64,000 nucleotides of DNA, taken from assembly GCA_965243025.1 (NCBI GenBank), contig CBDETY010000003.1, positions 6,712,185 through 6,776,184 of the forward strand. Reading direction: 5' to 3'. Positions 20,613 to 31,010 of the stretch are shown here, one piece after another (the stretch's first letter is position 1; the number at the start of each line of letters is the position of its first letter). The stretch is from Candidatus Latescibacterota bacterium (lineage in GTDB: Bacteria > Latescibacterota > UBA2968 > UBA8231). Made by a program: the position numbers and the translations under genes. Below the pieces are notes generated by a model. It saw only the letters and a list, made by a program, of their open reading frames with translations. It had not been told where the DNA came from and ran no database searches.

Positions 20613-22604
20613 ATGCGGAACCTCACACTCCCTTCGCAATCCGGCCTGCGCTCCAGGCCGCAGCGACCGCGCCTCGCACAAATGGCAGCTCTTTTTTCCG
20701 TTGTCGTTGCGTTCGCCCTGCCTTCGTCGGGGGAGGTGCGGACCTGGGTAGTCGGCTCGGGAGGGGAGTCGTGGACGGCCAGGGAGATTCGCAGGGACTT
20801 CACGGCGATCGATTTCGGCACCGCAGATGTCATTCAACTCCAGGGTTTCAAGTCGACGGACAACATAATGCAGCAGATGAAGTGGGCGTCGACGCGGGCA
20901 TTTCCACCGGACTGGGTAACGGAGCGCTCGGAAGGTTACATCTGGGACAACGTTCCACTCAAGAAAGACAACATAACGATGGTCGACGGCGATCCTTCCA
21001 CCTCCACGGAAGACCGCTTCAAGAAATTCGGGGAGGACCAGTCCCTGCGCGTGTTCAATTTCGATCTGGGGGTACGCTTCCCCGCCAACAGGATTCTCTT
21101 CTATCCCCGGCAAACGGGAGCTGATGAGGAGGGCCGCCCCTTTTCCGACGACTTCATCCGCGCTTACGAGATTCTCAGCAACGACGGTATAACCTTCACT
21201 GCCGACGGCCGCCCCGACTACAACTCGCTGCGCAAAGTGGAGTTTACCAGCGAAGGCATCGCCGAGATCGTCTTTCCGCTTCGGTTCCTGCGCTACCTCG
21301 AGCTTCACGTCGACGCTCCCAACCCGTTCGAGGTCGCCGAGTTCGAGCTCTACGGGACCGGGTTCGCCCCTAAGGGAGAGTACACTTCCCAGGTGGTCGA
21401 CCTGGGAGAACCTGCGAATCTCAGTGAGCTCAGGTGGGACGTGGAGAAGCTCCGTCAGGAAGGAGACGAGCTTTCGGTCGAACCCGGGGCCGAGGCCAGC
21501 GTCACCGTTCAGATGCGGACCGGCAGCGACGACAACCCCCAGGTGTATTACGAGATCATCAACCAGTTCACCAGGGAGCGGCAGGAAGTAACCGAAAGCG
21601 ACTGGAACAGCCTTGGCCCGGCGGAAAAAGGGCCCATCGAAGACGACCAGATAAACTGGAGCCGGTGGTCGGCTCCGTTCTCGGTTTTCGACGGGGAGCG
21701 GATCACCCTGCCCAGCCCGCGCCGGTATTTCCAGTTCGCGGTAACCATCGAAAGCCACTCCATTCTCGACGGAGCAAGGGTTACCTCGATGGGCGTGGAC
21801 TTCGCGCTGCCGCCGCTGGCCCAGGAGATTCTCGCCGAGATCTCCCTGCTCGACGACCCGCGGCCTCCGGGCAACATTCCGCTCGTCCCGGCCGGGGCAC
21901 CGACGACGTTCGCCTACGACATCGCCGCGGACGTGGACTCCGCCGACGTCGGATTCGACGCCATCCGGATCTTCACCCCATCGACACCGGTCTTCAAGGA
22001 GCTGCTGGTCGGGGAGTCGTTGGCCCCGATAACACCGGAGGTAACCGCAGGACCGGAAGGTCTGACCCTGATCCTGCCGCCTGACAACCGCGTCGTTTCG
22101 AACGCAACCGGCGTATTCCGGGTTGTTTTCGACGCCCAGGTGTTCCTGCAGGGCACCTTCTTCAACGCCGAAGCATTCGATTCGCAGAGCTCCGACCCGC
22201 CCCAACGGGTGTTGCCGGGAAACGCCAACCCCGCTGTCGGGACCAACCTTCTGAGGGTCAAGATCGCGTCCGAGTCCGCCCGCGATGTTCTGCCGCTCTT
22301 CAGTCTCACTCCCGAGGTGATTACCGCCAATCAGGACGGGCGCAACGACGAAACCAGCATCTCCTACACCCTGGTGCAGATCGTCAGACCGGTTCAGGTC
22401 GACGTGGAGGTGTTCGACCTGTCGGGGCGCCGGATGGCAACCCCGTTTTCCGGCGAGAAGGGCCCGGGATCCCATGAAGTGGTCTGGGACGGGCGGGGCG
22501 ACGACGGCAACATGCTTCCGATCGGCAACTACATCGTGAAAACATCGGTGCAGACCGGTCCGGGCACCTTTTTGCGAACCGGTGTCGTCGCCCTCGTGTA
22601 CTGA
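20613..22604 (+). CDS. secreted protein with C-terminal FlgD Ig-like domain
   Basis: homologous blocks with 654..2747 (VVDLGE, WSRWSAP, PRRYFQF, GFDAIRI), C-terminal VFDLSGR...WDGRGDDGNMLPIGNY, start at 20613 or 20682. Confidence 0.78.
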   Translation: MRNLTLPSQSGLRSRPQRPRLAQMAALFSVVVAFALPSSGEVRTWVVGSGGESWTAREIRRDFTAIDFGTADVIQLQGFKSTDNIMQQMKWASTRAFPPDWVTERSEGYIWDNVPLKKDNITMVDGDPSTSTEDRFKKFGEDQSLRVFNFDLGVRFPANRILFYPRQTGADEEGRPFSDDFIRAYEILSNDGITFTADGRPDYNSLRKVEFTSEGIAEIVFPLRFLRYLELHVDAPNPFEVAEFELYGTGFAPKGEYTSQVVDLGEPANLSELRWDVEKLRQEGDELSVEPGAEASVTVQMRTGSDDNPQVYYEIINQFTRERQEVTESDWNSLGPAEKGPIEDDQINWSRWSAPFSVFDGERITLPSPRRYFQFAVTIESHSILDGARVTSMGVDFALPPLAQEILAEISLLDDPRPPGNIPLVPAGAPTTFAYDIAADVDSADVGFDAIRIFTPSTPVFKELLVGESLAPITPEVTAGPEGLTLILPPDNRVVSNATGVFRVVFDAQVFLQGTFFNAEAFDSQSSDPPQRVLPGNANPAVGTNLLRVKIASESARDVLPLFSLTPEVITANQDGRNDETSISYTLVQIVRPVQVDVEVFDLSGRRMATPFSGEKGPGSHEVVWDGRGDDGNMLPIGNYIVKTSVQTGPGTFLRTGVVALVY

Positions 22605-22613
22605 CCGGGACGG

Positions 22614-25025
22614 ATGGTCCGAATTCGAGAAAGCAGGCACCCGATGAGAGCCTCCATGGCGATCTGCAGCATCGCTGTGTCGACGTTCGCCCCGCTGCAG
22701 TCAGGGAACGCCGACGAGTACGAGATTTCGCGCCGCGCCCAATGGCTGGAATGGACGGCCAATGACATCCCTGTCCTGGATACGGAAACACTCGACCTGC
22801 GGCCCGACGGCTCGGTCAGCCTGAGGAAATTCGAGCAGAACTTCAACGCCGCTCTCGACGCCCCGCTGTTTTTCCACGAGGAAAAGCAGGGAGGAATTCG
22901 GGAGGTGGGATCGAACCAGCGGGATGCCCCCAACATCATCGACGGGGACCCGGAGACCTACTGGCAACCGGATGCCGACGCCCCGCTCGAAGACTGGTTC
23001 ATCGAAATCGACCTTGGACGAGTCGTACCGGTGACCAGGGTGCGGATCCTCTTCCCCGACGGAGAGGGGGCGAAACCCTTTGAGGAGTTCAGGGTGTTCG
23101 AATCGGACGGTCTCCGGGTGGCCTCCGGAGACGTTTTCACCTTCGATCTCATCGGCGGCACTACCCGGCAGAATTTCGAAACCGAGGTCGAGTACAGGAT
23201 CAGGGAGAGGGGCGGCGGAGCTACTGCGGTTCTCGGCAGGGGAGGAGTCGACGAGAGCAATGAACACCTCAGCGAGCCTTTCGTGATGATCCAGTACATC
23301 GGACTCTGGGCGGACGCCAGGAACGCCGATGCCGCGATCGCCGAGTTCGAAGTCTACACGTTCGGTGAGAATGTGTCGCTCGGGACCCTGCAGCGAGGAG
23401 GCAGCATCGTCGAGGGCACGGGGCTCGGACCGAGAGTAGCCGACGGCGACTTCAACACCACCTGGGGCGCTCTGGTCTCTTTCGAGCACGAAGGCGGAGG
23501 CGGCGAGTCCGGTTTCACGGAATCCGAGGCGCTCGTCTGGGATCTCGGCGCCCTGTTCTGGGTGCACCAGATCCTGTGGCTGCCCCCGGTCGCACACCTC
23601 GACAACTTTCGCTTTCTCAGTTCTGACGGCAGCCTCAACCTTGCAGGGGAGTTCGAGTTCGAAATCATGTTCGATTTCGGCCACCTCACCGCCTTCGGGG
23701 GGTTTTCCCGGATAACGGGAACCACGACCGGGGGAGCCGGGGGCGAGCCGAATATCCGTTACCTGTTTCTGCCCCCGAAGCGGATACGCTACCTGTCGGG
23801 CATTTTCCAGGGGGGCATAGGAGGGCAGCTGAGAACGGGGGACATCAAGGAGGTCGTCGTCGTTCCTTCAGGTCACGTGGCGCAAGTGGAGATGAAGTCT
23901 CCGTTCATCGACCTCGGACGTCTCGGGGGGGACAATCGGATCAAGGTCATCGACGCCCTCACCTGGGAGACGGATCCCCTTCCTCCGGGGGCATTCGTTC
24001 AGGCCCGGACGCGAACCGGAAACACCCTGGCCGAGGAGGTCACCTACTTCGACCGGGCGGGTGCGCAGCTGTCTGGAAAGGCCGAATACGACGATCTCAA
24101 CAAGCGCATGAGAGGCCGCACGGACACCGCGACCGTGATTGGAGATGACTGGAGCCCGTGGAGCAAGATCTACCAGGACGCGGGTCAGGAGTTCCTCTCT
24201 CCCAGTCCCAGGCGGTTTGCCCAGATCGAGCTTCTTCTCGGTTCCGACAGGCCGGAAACAGCCCCTGCGCTGCAGTCGGTTTCCCTGGAATACACCAACG
24301 CCATCCTCGCCGGGGTGGATGGAGAGGTGCATCCCCGAACAGCGTCCGCGGGCGTGGTTGAGGAATTCATTCTCGGCATCCAACCGGAGTTCAGATCGGG
24401 GGATTCCGGTTTCAACCTGATCAAGCTTCTGACTCCCTCCGCCGTGGACGATCTGACCATCTCGGTAGGCGGCAGCGTGGTCGAGGATGCCCGCGTCGAG
24501 ATCGTCCCGGATTCCCTGCTGATAGAGTTGTCCCAACCCGTCACAAGGCAAGCCGTCGAGCTGAATTTCCGCCTTGCCCTTCTGGAAAACCCCACCTACT
24601 TCAATACCCAGATTGGAAACACGGAGCAGCCCGGCCTCTGGCAGCCCGTCGACCCCCGCGGGCGTTACGCCACCACGGTTTTTCTCCCGTCGTTGCCTGA
24701 AACAGCCGAAGCCGTGGGAAGTCTCTCCATAAAACCGCAACTTCTCACTCCCAACGGCGACGATTTCGGAGAGCAGACCGCCATACGGTTCAACGCCTTG
24801 AAAGCAGATGCCACCCCTGAGGTGAAGGTGTTCGACCTGCAGGGAAGGCTGATGGCGGAGCTGACCGGGGAGAGGGGATCGGACCAGGTCCTCACCCACG
24901 CCTGGACCTACACCTGGTCCGGTAGAAATCAGTCCGGGGCCCTCGTACCCCCCGGCATATACGTATGCTGGGTCAAGCTCGAAGGGGATGAAGCAGTGGC
25001 GCGGACCATCAGTGTCGCCTATTGA
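22614..25025 (+). CDS. secreted protein with discoidin/F5-8C-like domain and C-terminal FlgD Ig-like domain
   Basis: NIIDGDPETYW...WFIEIDLGR, TPNGDDFG...VFDLQGR...WSGRNQSGALVPPGIY. Confidence 0.78.
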   Translation: MVRIRESRHPMRASMAICSIAVSTFAPLQSGNADEYEISRRAQWLEWTANDIPVLDTETLDLRPDGSVSLRKFEQNFNAALDAPLFFHEEKQGGIREVGSNQRDAPNIIDGDPETYWQPDADAPLEDWFIEIDLGRVVPVTRVRILFPDGEGAKPFEEFRVFESDGLRVASGDVFTFDLIGGTTRQNFETEVEYRIRERGGGATAVLGRGGVDESNEHLSEPFVMIQYIGLWADARNADAAIAEFEVYTFGENVSLGTLQRGGSIVEGTGLGPRVADGDFNTTWGALVSFEHEGGGGESGFTESEALVWDLGALFWVHQILWLPPVAHLDNFRFLSSDGSLNLAGEFEFEIMFDFGHLTAFGGFSRITGTTTGGAGGEPNIRYLFLPPKRIRYLSGIFQGGIGGQLRTGDIKEVVVVPSGHVAQVEMKSPFIDLGRLGGDNRIKVIDALTWETDPLPPGAFVQARTRTGNTLAEEVTYFDRAGAQLSGKAEYDDLNKRMRGRTDTATVIGDDWSPWSKIYQDAGQEFLSPSPRRFAQIELLLGSDRPETAPALQSVSLEYTNAILAGVDGEVHPRTASAGVVEEFILGIQPEFRSGDSGFNLIKLLTPSAVDDLTISVGGSVVEDARVEIVPDSLLIELSQPVTRQAVELNFRLALLENPTYFNTQIGNTEQPGLWQPVDPRGRYATTVFLPSLPETAEAVGSLSIKPQLLTPNGDDFGEQTAIRFNALKADATPEVKVFDLQGRLMAELTGERGSDQVLTHAWTYTWSGRNQSGALVPPGIYVCWVKLEGDEAVARTISVAY

Positions 25026-25160
25026 GGGTTCGGCGGCGCTGCTGGTTGCTCAACTGTCGCTTCACCCCTAAGTGAAGCTCCCTGCCCCCCACCACAGAGG
25101 GAGGTCCCCGCCTGTTCCTTTCAGGTGGGCATCTCCCGCGCAGACAGGCCTGTCCCCGGC

Positions 25161-27065
25161 ATGACTTTCCGAGCCCTGATAACGGGACTGGTGCTGTCCC
25201 TCGCCGTCGGAATCGCCGTCTACTTCGAGATGTACCTCAAGGGTTCGAACGCCGGCGGGGTATTCCTCACCAGTCCGGCAGCGTTGTTCTTCTTTGTGAT
25301 TCTCGTCGGTATCGTGAATGTCGTTCTGGGAGCTGTGCACAGGCCCTGGGCGTTCCGGCGCGGCGAGCTGATAGCCATCTTCATAATGATGACGGTGGCC
25401 AACTCCGCCCACAACCCGGTCCATTACTGGCTGGGGGCGTTGACGGGGGTCTTTTACTACGCCACCCCCGAGAACGATTGGGCCGAACGGCTGCATCCGC
25501 ACATCCCGGAATGGATCGCTCCACGCGACTGGACCGCGATCAGGGATTTTTACGAGGGAACCGGAGGACATGGCGGCATTCCCTGGGAGGTGTGGGCGGG
25601 GCCGATTCTCTACTGGCTGCCCTTGATCATGGGATTCCATGTGGCGGCTCTTTGCCTGATGGTCATGGTCAGGCGCCAGTGGATGGACCAGGAACGGCTT
25701 GTTTATCCGATAGTCCAGGTTCCCCTGGCCATGGTCCGGGACGACGAACGCGGCTCCCTCGTCAAGCCCTTCTTTCGCAGTTGGGCGATGTGGCTCGGAA
25801 TGGCGGTTCCAATCGCCATAGGGGCGGTGCGGGGTCTCCACCACTACCTCGAGTACGTGCCGACAATCGAACTGGCCACCCACCTCTCCCTGATGGATGG
25901 ACTGAGCGTGCCGGTGGGACTGAGCTTCGCCACGCTCGGGTTCTTTTTCCTCGTAATGCGCGAAGTATCCTTCTCGCTGTGGGCCCTCTATCTGCTGAAC
26001 CTGATCCAGAGGGCCGCCTACCTGCGGCTGGGAGTAGGCACGTCGACGGAAACCGCCATCAGCCCCTTCAGCGGCTGGAGCACTCCCGACCTCGTTCACC
26101 AGGGCGTCGGGGGCCTGATCGTGCTCGTTCTGGGCGGCCTGTGGCTTGGCCGGACCCATATCGGGGACGTGCTGCGAAAGGCTTTCACCGGGGCCCGCGA
26201 CATCGACGACAGCCGGGAGATCCTCTCCTATCGCGGTGCGGTGATCGGGCTTTTCGGCAGTTTCGCGGTGATGACCGTCTGGCTGTGGCTGTCCGGTATC
26301 CCGTTTCTCGGAGTGCTGGTGTTCCTGTTTTTTGCCTTTGTGATTTTCATGGGGCTTACCCGCCTGATAGCGGAGGGGGGATTTGCCGTAATCTACAATC
26401 CGCTGGTGGCTCCCGATGCGGCGATTTCGGCCATGGGATCCTCCTTTTTCGGAGCTTCCGGCATGATGGGGCTGATGTTCACCCGGGTGTGGGCGAACGA
26501 CATCATGAACTTCATCATGCCCCACTTCGCCCATGGCCTCAAACTCAGCGAGCAGATCGGCCGGCGCCGGCGCTTGCTGTTCTGGGGGATGATTCTGGCG
26601 AGCTTGGCGGGTCTGAGCGGGTCCTTGTGGATGGTGTTGACCCTGACCTACAACCACGGGGGCGTCAACCTGAGGGACTTCAACTACATCTGGATGCCGA
26701 GGACGATTCCCGAATATGCGGCGGCGCGCATCGCGGAGTGGTCGGGCCCCGCCTGGTGGGGTTGGTTTCACACCGCTGCAGGAGCGGTCTTCATGTCACT
26801 GCTGATGATGGCCCGGAGGTTCTGGGGATGGTGGCCCCTGCATCCTATCGGCTTTCCGATCAGCGCCTGCGTGGGGTGGGCGGCCATCAATGCCTTCCTG
26901 GCATGGATGTTCAAGTCGATTGCCCTGAACTATGGGGGGCCGCCGCTCTACAGGGCGATTCGCCCGTTCTTCCTCGGCCTGATCCTGGGTCAGATAACCA
27001 TCTGCGGTATCTGGTGGATCATCGACACCTTTACAGGACAGCAGGGCAACTACGTCCTGTGGTAA
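25161..27065 (+). CDS. DUF6785/DUF6784-like polytopic membrane protein, paralog 3
   Basis: colinear with the 2761 and 4682 proteins, GSNAGG, RRQWMDQERL, WPLHPIGFP. Confidence 0.75.
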   Translation: MTFRALITGLVLSLAVGIAVYFEMYLKGSNAGGVFLTSPAALFFFVILVGIVNVVLGAVHRPWAFRRGELIAIFIMMTVANSAHNPVHYWLGALTGVFYYATPENDWAERLHPHIPEWIAPRDWTAIRDFYEGTGGHGGIPWEVWAGPILYWLPLIMGFHVAALCLMVMVRRQWMDQERLVYPIVQVPLAMVRDDERGSLVKPFFRSWAMWLGMAVPIAIGAVRGLHHYLEYVPTIELATHLSLMDGLSVPVGLSFATLGFFFLVMREVSFSLWALYLLNLIQRAAYLRLGVGTSTETAISPFSGWSTPDLVHQGVGGLIVLVLGGLWLGRTHIGDVLRKAFTGARDIDDSREILSYRGAVIGLFGSFAVMTVWLWLSGIPFLGVLVFLFFAFVIFMGLTRLIAEGGFAVIYNPLVAPDAAISAMGSSFFGASGMMGLMFTRVWANDIMNFIMPHFAHGLKLSEQIGRRRRLLFWGMILASLAGLSGSLWMVLTLTYNHGGVNLRDFNYIWMPRTIPEYAAARIAEWSGPAWWGWFHTAAGAVFMSLLMMARRFWGWWPLHPIGFPISACVGWAAINAFLAWMFKSIALNYGGPPLYRAIRPFFLGLILGQITICGIWWIIDTFTGQQGNYVLW

Positions 27066-27077
27066 GTACGGGGGGCG

Positions 27078-27114
27078 AAAAAAAAACGGGGAGAGCGTTT
27101 CTACGCTCTCCCCG
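27078..27114 (-). terminator. intrinsic terminator of the 27144..28085 gene
   Basis: 12-bp stem CGGGGAGAGCGT/ACGCTCTCCCCG, 4-nt loop, 9 T on the minus strand. Confidence 0.85.
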
Positions 27115-27143
27115 CCAAACTGCCTCCTGAAATTCCGGAGCCT

Positions 27144-28085
27144 TTACTTGCTCTCCAGGTTTTCCTGCATGGAGTGCTTGATCCGGGCCCAGGTGACTGT
27201 CTCGACTGCCGTATCGTCTTCCTCGGCCGGGATCGGGAAGTAATCGCTGTGCGAGTCCCCGTTCCGGAAGATGGCGTCGACGCATCCGGCCTCGCGACAA
27301 CCGGTCAGATGACGCTGCCAGTTCGTGTCGCCATCCTGAAACTGCACGCCGAAGTGGATGACTTTGTCCACCTCGATGATATGCCTGATGGACTCGGCGG
27401 CACTGGTGCTCCAGTCGTCATACAGCTGGAAAGCGAGCTCGTGGGTTCTGGTAACGTTGGTGCTTCCGTGCTGGGCGTCCGGCGGCGAAAGGGTCCAGGT
27501 GCCGTCGACGGCGGGAGGCTCGGCGAGCCACCACAAATCCTGGTTGTCCTGCCAGTCCGGGTTGTTGATCCAATGATAACGCACCTCTTCGCCGGCGACG
27601 TTGGTCGGCAGCACGCGCCACTGGTAGAAGTATCCGTTCCGCTCGACTTCGTGGTCGCCGAGGTTCTCGTCATCCCTGAAGAACCCGCCGGTATGATCCG
27701 GGTCGAAACCGATCACCAGTTCGTCGTCCTTCCACCAACCGCCCGGTTCCTCGGTGTCGACCTTCAGCGTGTCGTCCTGTATCCGGGTGAAGAACCAGAA
27801 GCGGTTGTCATCCCCCCCGCTCCAGGCTGTGAAGTAGACGATGTTGAGCGAGTTCGGATCGATTTCGCCTACGTATGCGGCAATGCTCTTCATCTCCGAA
27901 TTGTCGACGGCAAAGCTTTCGTCGTACCACCCCCAGTCGGCCTCGTCGCCATCGAGCACCATGTTCGCTACCTGGGACGGCGGTATTTGCGGGAAGAACT
28001 TCGTGACGCCGTTATGGGCCATGGCCGCCCCGCTGGCGGCAAGAATCAAGGCCAGCGTCAAAGCCAATGACTTCGATGAACTCAT
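27144..28085 (-). CDS. secreted protein, CBM9/DOMON-like, with C-terminal TAVE-x-x-TW-x-x-IK tail
   Basis: signal peptide ending AAMA, LDGDEADW and D-x-L-x-I-x-FDPD motifs, tail TAVETVTWARIK, AGGAG RBS. Confidence 0.7.
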   Translation of the reverse strand: MSSSKSLALTLALILAASGAAMAHNGVTKFFPQIPPSQVANMVLDGDEADWGWYDESFAVDNSEMKSIAAYVGEIDPNSLNIVYFTAWSGGDDNRFWFFTRIQDDTLKVDTEEPGGWWKDDELVIGFDPDHTGGFFRDDENLGDHEVERNGYFYQWRVLPTNVAGEEVRYHWINNPDWQDNQDLWWLAEPPAVDGTWTLSPPDAQHGSTNVTRTHELAFQLYDDWSTSAAESIRHIIEVDKVIHFGVQFQDGDTNWQRHLTGCREAGCVDAIFRNGDSHSDYFPIPAEEDDTAVETVTWARIKHSMQENLESK

Positions 28086-28338
28086 GAAAGACTCCTTTCG
28101 AGGCTGTGGGAGTTGAACGGAAATTGCAGGCTTGTGAAAATCTCAGGAAGTTCGTATTGTGGGCTGCGAATTCGCCTTAATAATTGGAACTATATAGGTA
28201 AATCCCCTGGTCAAGTCAACCTTTTTCTGCCAGGGTTCAGTCCGCCTCGCAGTGGGATTTCGTCGGGCCAAACTGCTTGCGCTCATCGGGAACTTTCCGA
28301 GTTTGGCTGGGAATATTTCAGCCCTTAGGGAGGGATAA

Positions 28339-30993
28339 ATGCGGCGTCTCTTATTTTCTCCTAAATCGATACAGCTCCTCCTGCTCCCGATCATCCTCGT
28401 TACGGATCTTCCGGTTTTCGCCCAGAGAACCGGGTACCGGCCCGTTGAAGAGCCGGGGATCTACGGCGCCCGCATCCATCCGGGCGCCTTGGCCCCGAAT
28501 CGCCGCAAATGGCTCCTGCCTCAGAATCTCTACTACGAATATCAATGGAAGGGCTGGGAATACAGCAACTACGCAAGGGACCACTACCAGCGCTATGTCG
28601 ACATCCTTCTCGAAGGGACCCGTCACTACGATCCATTCGGAAACTACATCGGCCGCGGATGGGAGATCTACGACTGGACCGAGACGAGTCCGCAGAGGCT
28701 GGGAAGCGGCATTTTCAAGAGTCCCAGGTGGAGGGGCTTCTTCAACAGCGTCGTGGTGTCGTCGGCAAGCAAGGGCCAGTTCTTTACCGCCCTCACGGCA
28801 GGCGATGCGATCCGCACAAGCCTGACCCCCCTGACCTTCTCGAAACCGGCGTTCAACGGTATCCAGTGGGACCTGTTGAGCGACAAGTACGCCGTGACGG
28901 CGCTGGCCTCGCGGCTCAATTCCCCCGGCTTCACCGCCTTGAGCGAAGCACAGGGCCCGGGCCTGGTCGAGAACTCCACCCGCCTCATGGGTCTGAGGGG
29001 GGTCACGCAGGTGGGAGACTTCGCCAAGGTGGGGGCGACGTGGGTCAGCGCCGCCAACGCGAGCAGCGAGTTGAGCATCGGCGACAATTCTCTCAAAGGA
29101 GTGCTCACCGGACCCCAGAATACGGGTAACGTCGAGACCATCACCATCCGGATCTCCGACGATTCCCCCGAATCTGCGGAATCGGGAGCCCTGCTTTACT
29201 TCGACCAGGTCCTGATCGACGGCGAGGCGCACCCGGAAATCGTGCCCCTGATCAGCGGTGGAGTCGGCAGGGAGGGAGTGCTCGAGGCGCGCGGCTCGGA
29301 CCATATCGAGCTGATCTACGATATACGCAACGCCTTCCGCCCCACGGATGACGTTCCGACCTTCCGCGACGCCCGCAAGCTGGAGTTCGAGCTCGTGGTC
29401 GCCAATGACTACCGCATCGAAGTCACATCGAACCTGCAGACCGACCGCCGCGGAGCTCAGGTGTTTCTCCTGGTAGACCAGGCGCGGAACAACATAGTCG
29501 ACGGGGCAAACCAGCGGTTCATTCGCTTCGCCTACGGTCTTCCTACTGCCAGCGAGGTGCTCGGCATCGATCTGGAGCTGATTGACTGGGGAGGACTCGA
29601 GCTGAGGTCGGAATACGTCGTGAACCGCAAATACCGGCGTTTCCCCAACCAGAATTACCGCAAGTTGGGGGCCCGGAAGGAGACTGCCGAGGCCTACTAT
29701 GTAACTGCTTCCTACCGCCAGCATCCCTGGTTCGCATTCGGAGAGGCGTACAGCATGGATCCGGAATACAGTACGTCGGCCTTCATCGGCGACTCCCGGG
29801 GCGCTTTCGATTATTCCGATGAAACCCGGCACCTGTTCGAGTTTGTGGACGACAACGACGACCAGGACCGATTCCCCGACTGGATGCGGTTCGGGCAGGG
29901 AGGGCAGCAGGGCGGTACGACGGCGGGTGCGGCCGGTTTCGACCTCAGAGTGTTTCCCGGGCTCGATGAGAACAACGACTTCGTCTCCGATTTCAACCAG
30001 AACCAGAACGGCAAACCGGATTACGACGAACCCTTCCTTCGCTATGCCGTGGATCCTCCGGAGTTCCTGTTCGGCATGGACATGAACAACAACACCATTA
30101 TCGACCGTTTCGAGAACGATCTCGAGCCGGATTATCCGTACGACCGCGACCGACAGGGCCGGAACATATACGGGGGATTGGCACTGACCGAGGATGTCCA
30201 CCTGACGGTGGGCAGCCTCAGCGAAAACCAGCTGAGCAGCGCCCGCGAGAGCAGAGCTACGTACGCCTTGCTCACGGCCGGGTGGGAGCTTCCGGGTCTC
30301 AATATTTCCCTGTTCGAACACGCCAAGTGGGTCAAGGACGACATCCCGGACGACCGCATCCGGTGGGTCGACCCCCTGGGGCACCAGGATTTCCTCGACC
30401 CGCTCGAAAACCAGGATACGTTCGTCAACCAGGTTTACCTCGATGCCAGATTCTCACGCATCCGCGATCTCAACATCGAAGGCAAGCTGAAATACGAGAC
30501 CTTCGGCCAGGGAGGGGATCTGGCCGAGGACGAAAGCATTCGGGACCGTTCCTTCTTCGGCTTGATCAACAAGGCGGACTACAGCTACAAGCTCCATCGC
30601 GACCTGACCCTGTGGCCCAAATGGAAAAGCACCTTCCGCCGTTTGACCCCTACCTCGACCGAGGATCTGAAGCTTCGAGACCTGGAGGAGACCCTGTTTC
30701 TGGTAAGCCGGTATTCGATTGTCGAGGGGCGTACCTGGATGGATTGGGGCGTGGAGCTGAGCTGGTTCAACAACCTCAGGGAGAGGCCGGATGAACCTCC
30801 GCCCGGATTCGTCGACGACTTTCGCAGCCGCGTCTGGTCGATTCTTTTCGGGAATGTCTCGGAGTACCTGGGATATCAACTGACCATGAACCTCGGTGTC
30901 CAGCTCGAGAGAACGCAGTTCGAGGCCACCGACGAGGTCCGGAAGGAATCGATCGCATTCATGAGAATCTTCGCCAGCACTGGACAGATGTGA
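28339..30993 (+). CDS. large exported hypothetical protein, possible outer-membrane beta-barrel with Ca-binding loops
   Basis: GGGAGG RBS, signal peptide, DDNDDQDRFPD / DENNDFVSD / DMNNNTIID motifs, alternating beta-strand pattern in C-terminal third. Confidence 0.65.
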   Translation: MRRLLFSPKSIQLLLLPIILVTDLPVFAQRTGYRPVEEPGIYGARIHPGALAPNRRKWLLPQNLYYEYQWKGWEYSNYARDHYQRYVDILLEGTRHYDPFGNYIGRGWEIYDWTETSPQRLGSGIFKSPRWRGFFNSVVVSSASKGQFFTALTAGDAIRTSLTPLTFSKPAFNGIQWDLLSDKYAVTALASRLNSPGFTALSEAQGPGLVENSTRLMGLRGVTQVGDFAKVGATWVSAANASSELSIGDNSLKGVLTGPQNTGNVETITIRISDDSPESAESGALLYFDQVLIDGEAHPEIVPLISGGVGREGVLEARGSDHIELIYDIRNAFRPTDDVPTFRDARKLEFELVVANDYRIEVTSNLQTDRRGAQVFLLVDQARNNIVDGANQRFIRFAYGLPTASEVLGIDLELIDWGGLELRSEYVVNRKYRRFPNQNYRKLGARKETAEAYYVTASYRQHPWFAFGEAYSMDPEYSTSAFIGDSRGAFDYSDETRHLFEFVDDNDDQDRFPDWMRFGQGGQQGGTTAGAAGFDLRVFPGLDENNDFVSDFNQNQNGKPDYDEPFLRYAVDPPEFLFGMDMNNNTIIDRFENDLEPDYPYDRDRQGRNIYGGLALTEDVHLTVGSLSENQLSSARESRATYALLTAGWELPGLNISLFEHAKWVKDDIPDDRIRWVDPLGHQDFLDPLENQDTFVNQVYLDARFSRIRDLNIEGKLKYETFGQGGDLAEDESIRDRSFFGLINKADYSYKLHRDLTLWPKWKSTFRRLTPTSTEDLKLRDLEETLFLVSRYSIVEGRTWMDWGVELSWFNNLRERPDEPPPGFVDDFRSRVWSILFGNVSEYLGYQLTMNLGVQLERTQFEATDEVRKESIAFMRIFASTGQM

Positions 30994-31010
30994 TCGGGAG
31001 GGCATTCGCA

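Noticed and set aside
28189-28219. TATATAGG shared with the 20551 region as a regulator motif
   Set aside because: Only 8 bp and two instances. It is more simply explained as -10-like promoter sequence.
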